Source: an uncultured delta proteobacterium
GTDB lineage: Bacteria > Myxococcota_A > Polyangia > Polyangiales > JAFGIB01
Direction: 5' to 3'
DNA: 64,000 nucleotides
Assembly (NCBI GenBank): GCA_963778655.1
Contig: CAVZVA010000009.1
Location: 1,248,001 to 1,312,000, forward strand
The notes under the pieces are model-generated. The model ran no database searches. It was given only the letters and a program-made list of their open reading frames with translations, and had not been told where the DNA came from. How positions within the stretch are numbered: the first letter of the stretch is position 1; the number at the start of each line of letters is the position of its first letter. The position numbers and the translations under genes were made by a program. Shown here piece after piece: positions 59,401 through 64,000 of this stretch.

Positions 59401-62400
59401 GGGTGTCTACATGCAACTCGGGGCGGTCTTCGAGGAGCGCCTGGAGCAGCCGCAGGACGCGGTCGAGGCGTATGGCCGCGCGCTGGAGCTGAATCCTCGC
59501 AACTTCGGGGCGATGGACGCGCTCGAGCGGATCCATTCGGTCCACGAGCAGTGGGAAGACTGCATCGAGGTCATGACGCGCAGGGCGGACGCGCTCGAGG
59601 ACCCTGCGCACAAGATCCAGGTGTTGCTCGAAGTTGCCAAGATGTGCGACGAGAAGCTCGGCGAACGCGAGCGCGCGATCAAACCCTTCACGCGGATTCT
59701 CGAAATCGACCGCCTGCACGATCAGGCGTTCGCGCAGCTCGAGGGCCTGTACCGGGAGCAGAGTCGCTTCGCAGAGCTGATCGACCTCTACGTCGCCCGC
59801 GTGGAGGCGACCGACGAGGTAGACGAGCGCGTGCGTCTGCTGCGCAAGGTGGCCCAGGTCAACGAGAAGGACCTGGGGGACAAGAATCAGGCCTTCGACG
59901 CGCTGCTGCTGGCCTGGACCCAGGACTTCAGCAACGAGGAGACGGCGCGCGAGCTCGAGCGCATGACGGGGTTGACCCAGCGCTGGAACGAGCTGCTGAC
60001 GACGGCGAACAATTCGCTGCAGGAGGTGGCCGCCGAGGATCTCGTCACCAAGAACGCGATCTGTCTCAAGTGCGCGCGCTGGTACGCCCGCGAAGGCCAC
60101 CCCGAGTATGCGATCCCCTACCTGCAACAGGTGCTGGCCAACGATCCGCTGAACCTGGCGGCGATGAAGCAGATGGCGGACCTGTACCAGCAGACCCAGC
60201 AGTGGCAGGTGTACGCCCAGGTGCTGCGCAAGCTTTCGGAAATGACCGAGGATCCACGCGAGCGCGCCGAGGTCTGCGTGCGGCTCGGTCAGCTCAACGA
60301 GGAGCAATTCCACTCGGCGGAGCAGGCGATCAAGCTCTACCGCGATGCGCTGCAGGCCGTGCCGACCCAGCTGGACGCGCTCAAGGCGCTCGAGCGAATT
60401 CACCGCAGCCGCTCGGAGTGGTCGGACCTGATCGACGTGCTCAAGCGCAAGGTCCAGGCGGTGGACGACTCGGAGCAGTCGCTGGCGGCCAAGCTCGAGC
60501 TGGCCGAGGCGTACGAGGACAGGGTCAGCGACAAGAGCCAGGCGATTGAGCAGTACCGCCGCGTGCTGGAGGAGGACGACGCAAACCTGCAGGCGCTCAA
60601 GGGGCTCGAGCGCCTGTATGCCCAGCAGGAGCGCTGGCAGGACTTGATGGGCGTGCTGGAGCGCCAGCTCCAGATCGTGCAGAACGAGCGCGACCAGATC
60701 ACCTTGCTCACACGCGTCGCCTCGATGTGGGAGGAGGAGTTCCTCAAGCACGACAAGGCAGCCGAGCGGCTCGAGGAAGTGCTCAACATCGATCCGACCT
60801 TCGTCGAGGCGCTGGTCGGGTTGGAGCGCCTGTACAGGCAGCTCCGCAGGTGGCCCGACCTGATCAACGCCTACGAGCGGCACATCGAGAACACCGTCGG
60901 TCGCGCGGAGAAGGCCGGCCTGTTCCAGCGCATCGGCGAGGTCTACCGCGACGAGCTCAGCGACAGCGACCGGGCGGTCGAAGCCTTCATCGACGTCACC
61001 GGGATCGACGACGACAACACGGAGGCGCTGCGCGCGCTGTCGGCGCTCTACGAGGAGCGAAGCGAGCACAGCATGGCGCTCGACGCGATGGAGCGGCTTT
61101 CGCGGCTGGTCGAGGGCGTCGAGGACAAGGTGGCGTTGTTCCATCGCATGGGCCGGGTGTACAGCGCCGAGCTCGGCGACAACGCGGCTGCTCTCGATCA
61201 GTATCTGAAGGCGGTCGATCTCGACCCGCGCCACCTGCCTTCGCTCGAGGCGATGCGCGACCTCCATGTGCAGGAGGGCAACTGGCGTGCGGCGGCGAGG
61301 GTGCTCGAGCAGGCCGCCGAGATCGAGCAGAGCACGCGGCGTGGCGCGGAGCTGCGCGTGGAGCTGGGCCAGATCTACGAGCAGCATCTGGACGAGCACG
61401 AGCGCGCGATCGAGTGCTTCGAGGATGCGATCAAGCTCGATCCGGACAGCGCAGGCGCGGCGCGGCCCTTGCTCGACGAGTACGTCAAGCAAGGCCGCTT
61501 TCAGGATGCCGAGCCGCTGGTGCGGATGCTGGTGCGTAGCCCGGACGTAGCAGAGACCGAGGAGAAGCAGCGCTTCTGGTTTCTGTACGGTAAGGTCGCG
61601 GAGAACCTCGACGACGACGAGACGGCGGTCAAGGCATACGGCGAGGCATTCGGGCTCGACACCCAGGACCTGGCGTCGCTGATCGGGTTGGCCGCGGCGT
61701 CCTTTCGCCTGAAGGACTGGGAGAGCGCGCACAAGCACTATCAGATGTTACTGGTGCACAGGCGCGATGAGCTGGCCCCCGAGCAGATCACCGACGCGCT
61801 GTATCGGTTGGGAGTGATCAAGCGCGAGCAGGGCGAGATCAAGAAGGCCCTCAACATGTTCGACAAAGCCCTCGAGGAGGACGAGCTGCACCGTCCGACG
61901 CTCGAGGCGTTGATCGACCTGCACGGTCGCGAGAAAGAGTGGGAGCAGGTCATCCACTACAAGAAGCGGCTGCTCGAATGCGCGGCGGACGACCAGGAGC
62001 GCTTCAGGCTCTACGACGAGATCGGCGACCTGTGGCAGAAGGAGCTGAGCAATCCGGCCAAGGCGATCGAGGCGTTTGCCGAGGCGTCCGCGCTGGAGCC
62101 GCGCAACCACGTGATGCTGCACAAGCTACTGCAGCTCTACACCGAGACTGCCCAGTGGGAGCGCACGATCGAGACGATCGGCCGCATCAGCGACCTGGAA
62201 GAGCGGCCGGAGGCGAAAGCCAAGTACGCCAACGCCGTGGGCGTGATTCTGCGCGACGAGCTCAAGGACGCCGATGCGGCGCTGCAGCGCTTCGATCAGG
62301 CGCTGGACCTGGATCCGGTCGGCATGCTGAAGGCGTTCGAGGCGATCAACCGCGTGCTGACGCAGAAGAAGGATTGGAAGGGACTGGAGCGCGCGTTCCG

Positions 62401-63625
62401 CAAAATGCTGCACCGCGTCACGGGCAAGAGCGACCGCGCGCTCGAATTCAACCTGTGGCACAACCTCGGCGTCATTTACCGGGACCGGCTGCGAAGCTTC
62501 GAGAGCGCGGCCGAGGCCTTCGGGATGGCTTCACGCTTGCAGCCGGAGAACATGCAGGAGCACGTGATCCTGGCCGAGATCTACGCCTTGGTGCCGGAAC
62601 GCATCAAGGACGCGGTTGCGGAGCACCAGACGCTGCTGCGCGAGGATCCCTATCGCGTCGACTCCTACCGGCAGCTCTACAAGCTGTACTTCGACGCGCG
62701 GGACTACGACGGGGCCTGGTGCGTGGCCGCGGCCTTGAGCTTCCTCAAGAAGGCGGAGCCCGAGCACGCCCAGTTCTACGAACAATACCGCCCGGAGGGG
62801 CCGATACGCCCCAAGGCGCGGCTGACCAACGAGCGCTGGGTCAAGGACCTGTTTCATCCGGAAGAGGAGTACGTCGTCGGCAAGTTGTTCGAGGCGGTGA
62901 CGCCTGCGCTGTTGCGCATGCGCGCTCAGCCGGACAAGACGTGGCAGCTGCGCAAGAAGGACCTGATTCCTGACCTGATGAACACCACGGTGGCGTTTGC
63001 GCGCACCTTTGGCTTCGCGACGCAGGTCTTGAGCATGCCGCTGACGCCGCGGCTGTTCGTGTGCCCCGATCGCCAGGGCGGACTGGCGTATGCCACCACC
63101 TTGCCACCGGCCTCGGTGTGCGGCAGTGCGCTGCTCTCCGGCGTGAATCCGCTCGAAGTGATCTTCATCGTCGGCAAGCACCTGAGCTACTACCGCGGCG
63201 AGCACTATATCCGTGCGATGTTTCAGACCAAGGACGAGCTCAAGCTGGTGTTGGCCGCAGCGATGCAGATCGCCGGAGTGGAGATCAACGACCCTCACGT
63301 CGATCAGCTGGCCAAGCAGATCAGGGCCAACATGCAGCCGGCGGACCTGGAGCTGCTCAACAGTATCGGCAAGCGCTTCGTCGAGGCGGGGGCCCGCACC
63401 GACGTCAAGAAGTGGATGCGGATGGTCGAGCTCACCGGGTGCCGCGTGGGCTTCCTGCTGTGCAACAACCTCGAGATCGCCGCGCGCATGATCCAGGCGG
63501 AGCCGCCGATGGGCGCGGTGGAGCTGACGCCCAAGGAGAAGATCGAGGAGCTGCTGCTGTTCAGCATCTCGGACCAGTATTTCCGCCTGCGCGAGGCGCT
63601 CGGCATTCGTATCGCTGTGGCGTAG
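53486..63625 (+). CDS. gltI: Giant cytoplasmic TPR protein GltI/AgmK-like (3379 aa)
   Basis: AGGAGG RBS before GTG; dozens of AL.ALE.LY.....W..L..VL.R repeats; no signal peptide; distal position in the glt cluster. Confidence 0.82.
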   Translation: MSDNDVPVTTESEEDVRDSTDADGSQRRTGNGGGGTPRELSADERARLATLDEALQKFQAQKRWSDVIKTTLEKAELVHDPDRKVELFADAGRMYLERSSNQAEAIKCFRRVLEIAPDNREAIDRLKEMYEKRRDWERLIEIMRGECLLLATSEQTARRLELARLATERLRKPAICIELWQDVRAIDADNPEAVAALANLYERAREWAPLAEVLEKRSHQLSDKTESVHLLQKLGMIYADQLNDDQGAIEAFKRLLQLEPDDRRAQEQLKKRYVAAHAWDDLEAFYDATGKYDELIRTLERAADAKDGEQDERITLLFRVARLWSDRMNAPDRAARAYEKVLALDPANLDAAEALTPIYERSGDAKKLVGMYEVRLQHTEDPDERVLLLREAGLLYEEKLRSPQQAFERMVQAFVIDPSQDVLREDLERLAGKTKDWQPVFAAYAKAIEEATHPDDANDLRLHYGRMLGEAGLQEDAIEQYRAVWDDRPDDQAAIGALEALYRSTERFADLLRVLERRVELESDPSVRKELAYDIARLYREQLDDADRAIEAYRNIPLEFGEEENEAYRALEQLYEQQQRWQDLAETLEHRIDLGPASDEELAALKFRLAEVLRNRLADGARALELLCEVLTIMPEHEGALSALESLLRDAELGPRAAAILEPIYEGRNEWDKLIHALDVLAASVGPGDQRVDLITRVGEIYAERLQDQAKALEVYCRALREAPDSPGISARLEELAKAQGQLGMMVELLSELADQAQDPLLGKQLWVKAATLHEVELEDVDGAVAAYMHALELDEGDMEILGALEGLYRRTERWRELLSVLRRKVDAVIDPREQEQLLAQMAAIHDEMLHEPKQAIRIYNEVLEADPGSVTALSALDALYERQQMWSELADNLSRQLSMAEEEGARTALMLRLAGLREARMDDVLGAIEIYREVLDRDPSSAAALSALERLLQQPEQQVRVAEILEPLYRDSGDVRKLIGIHEIQLQHSESTDQRVDLLGRMAELYEVQLEDIEGAFRCHARALHEDPGNPDTQEQLERLAASAGAFQALAETYEAQLDATEDEQVRAVLHTKVAEIRETRLGDVEGAIAHYRRVLELSENNLDAASALERLYQMSERYEDLGQIFLAKAVMLDVPDEQRDHYFRAGQIYEEILDRPEQAIDVYQRSLQVEPDDIEALDKLIGLLLRLERWESLLDAYMSKADIVEDAEQKKALYAEVGAVHEAKLGQIDKAIETYQRILEIDPDDATAVARLDALYHAAGNWEELLSILEREAELATDPGQALEFRYRIGGLFEQRLADPYRAVEVYGEVLEAQPDHVAAQAALERMIAAGKEPVAAARVLEPIYRAAAESHKLVAVLEVLVANEEDPLRKVELLHQIAELHDVHLDQPRAAFEAYARALHHDNGNERTLTAIERLAERLSSWAELAQLYDAEIAGLREESPDLAVDLALRLARICEVQIGSVDAAIQRYRIVYEIDPGHPEALASLDRLYEVAERWRDLAEVLAKEAEVAGSPDDVLALQFRLGQLQQVRLGDIEQAIEQYREILAAAPEHEGALAALEGLFEQGVQPVTIGEILEPLYRMQDAWEKLIGVQHALLRVQGSIDDRIAAMHRIAEIAEERLGDIALAFTWMQRALIEDPLHDHSLSEAERLAGMSGEWAVLASTYAQIMERETRKEVVVAIGKRLARVYEEELADVVRAEEAFRYAVAVDDRDQDVLEALDRIYSEHGAGHALAEVLRKRVAAADDPEQKIDLMQRLGNVLYNDVGSTAEAIVVFQEILEQEPEREDTLRALQNVYLITQNWEQLQQVYEKELDVVVGDTAQAEILGRMAMLAWTKLNDLDGAVQLMKRVLDLLGEDPEALNALGNIYALQENWADLVDVLEREVAVCDDDALRVRIYSDLGRIWYDKLHRDRNALESWERVLDLDPSYTDALFAIAEIHRAAGSYSDLVDTLHRVIDVGGATLDDMVIEGVYMQLGAVFEERLEQPQDAVEAYGRALELNPRNFGAMDALERIHSVHEQWEDCIEVMTRRADALEDPAHKIQVLLEVAKMCDEKLGERERAIKPFTRILEIDRLHDQAFAQLEGLYREQSRFAELIDLYVARVEATDEVDERVRLLRKVAQVNEKDLGDKNQAFDALLLAWTQDFSNEETARELERMTGLTQRWNELLTTANNSLQEVAAEDLVTKNAICLKCARWYAREGHPEYAIPYLQQVLANDPLNLAAMKQMADLYQQTQQWQVYAQVLRKLSEMTEDPRERAEVCVRLGQLNEEQFHSAEQAIKLYRDALQAVPTQLDALKALERIHRSRSEWSDLIDVLKRKVQAVDDSEQSLAAKLELAEAYEDRVSDKSQAIEQYRRVLEEDDANLQALKGLERLYAQQERWQDLMGVLERQLQIVQNERDQITLLTRVASMWEEEFLKHDKAAERLEEVLNIDPTFVEALVGLERLYRQLRRWPDLINAYERHIENTVGRAEKAGLFQRIGEVYRDELSDSDRAVEAFIDVTGIDDDNTEALRALSALYEERSEHSMALDAMERLSRLVEGVEDKVALFHRMGRVYSAELGDNAAALDQYLKAVDLDPRHLPSLEAMRDLHVQEGNWRAAARVLEQAAEIEQSTRRGAELRVELGQIYEQHLDEHERAIECFEDAIKLDPDSAGAARPLLDEYVKQGRFQDAEPLVRMLVRSPDVAETEEKQRFWFLYGKVAENLDDDETAVKAYGEAFGLDTQDLASLIGLAAASFRLKDWESAHKHYQMLLVHRRDELAPEQITDALYRLGVIKREQGEIKKALNMFDKALEEDELHRPTLEALIDLHGREKEWEQVIHYKKRLLECAADDQERFRLYDEIGDLWQKELSNPAKAIEAFAEASALEPRNHVMLHKLLQLYTETAQWERTIETIGRISDLEERPEAKAKYANAVGVILRDELKDADAALQRFDQALDLDPVGMLKAFEAINRVLTQKKDWKGLERAFRKMLHRVTGKSDRALEFNLWHNLGVIYRDRLRSFESAAEAFGMASRLQPENMQEHVILAEIYALVPERIKDAVAEHQTLLREDPYRVDSYRQLYKLYFDARDYDGAWCVAAALSFLKKAEPEHAQFYEQYRPEGPIRPKARLTNERWVKDLFHPEEEYVVGKLFEAVTPALLRMRAQPDKTWQLRKKDLIPDLMNTTVAFARTFGFATQVLSMPLTPRLFVCPDRQGGLAYATTLPPASVCGSALLSGVNPLEVIFIVGKHLSYYRGEHYIRAMFQTKDELKLVLAAAMQIAGVEINDPHVDQLAKQIRANMQPADLELLNSIGKRFVEAGARTDVKKWMRMVELTGCRVGFLLCNNLEIAARMIQAEPPMGAVELTPKEKIEELLLFSISDQYFRLREALGIRIAVA

Positions 63626-63802
63626 GCCCAGCGCACAGATAACCTGCTCAGTTGCGGCTCGGGGGCGGGCGCATTCGCGGCTTTCGTCCTCGAAAGCCTC
63701 CTCGAAATACATCGAGTATTCCTGTGGCCTTCTCTGCGGGCGCGCTCGCGATCGCACTCCGCCGACAAGCCGGTCGTGGTCAGGTCATTTGTGCTCGGGC
63801 CT
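63624..63802. repeat. ~180-nt imperfect palindromic element (MITE/REP-like or structured RNA)
   Basis: Ends AGGCCC..GCACAGATAACCTG and CAGGTCATTTGTGC..GGGCCT pair; internal arms CGGCT/AGCCG, GGCGG/CCGCC, GGCTTTCG/CGAAAGCC. Confidence 0.65.
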
Positions 63803-63825
63803 CAGGCCTCAGGGCGGCGCGGCTT

Positions 63826-64000
63826 TCAGTTGCGACGCAGCATCCGCCGCTCGAGCGCCCAGGCGAGCCACAGCCCGCGCGCCCCGAGCGTGGCGAAGAC
63901 CAGTGCTTGCTGGCAGGCGAGGGCGGGTAGGTCCCAGCGGGACGCGGGCAGACTCCGGCCCAGCGCTTCGGCCAGCAGCAGCAGCAGCGCCGCTGCGCCC
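63826..64000 (-). CDS. 3' end of a membrane protein (runs in from the right window edge)
   Basis: Manual translation GAAALLLLLAEALGRSLPASRWDLPALACQQALVFATLGARGLWLAWALERRMLRRN*, with TGA at 63826-28. Confidence 0.55.
   Translation of the reverse strand, partial: GAAALLLLLAEALGRSLPASRWDLPALACQQALVFATLGARGLWLAWALERRMLRRN

Noticed and set aside
63624..63802. Calling the palindromic element 6S or SRP RNA
   Set aside because: The size fits 6S, but I see no clear central bubble, promoter or SRP helix-8 motif; left unassigned.

Overview
GC-rich bacterial chromosome segment. The gene content (Glt gliding machinery, MXAN_5187-type protein, myxobacterial beta-barrels) points to Myxococcota, probably not Myxococcus itself (inference). 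From left to right: (1) 5' part of serA on the minus strand; (2) a ~14 kb respiratory operon joining alternative complex III (actA-F plus an ActG-like gene), two extra c-type cytochromes and an A-family heme-copper oxidase with two subunit-III paralogues and two small membrane ORFs, where subunit I keeps the D-channel but appears to lack the K-channel residues; (3) a housekeeping/redox block: flippase-like gene, pgsA, MerR-like regulator, Cys-rich sigma-region-4 protein, glutathione reductase, split HTTM pair, RNase P RNA, DsbA/TlpA, GAF protein, GlnR-like regulator, pdxA, degenerate acyl-CoA ligase; (4) a ~30 kb envelope/gliding region with two GltA/B-like beta-barrels, ftsY, HEAT/HAMP proteins, yraN, a GltK/CglC-like lipoprotein and gltC-D-E-F-G-[TPR lipoprotein with an apparent 1-nt frameshift]-gltI, closed by a ~180-nt palindromic element. 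I saw no tRNA, rRNA, CRISPR array, transposase or integrase. All family assignments come from motif recognition by eye, not from database searches.
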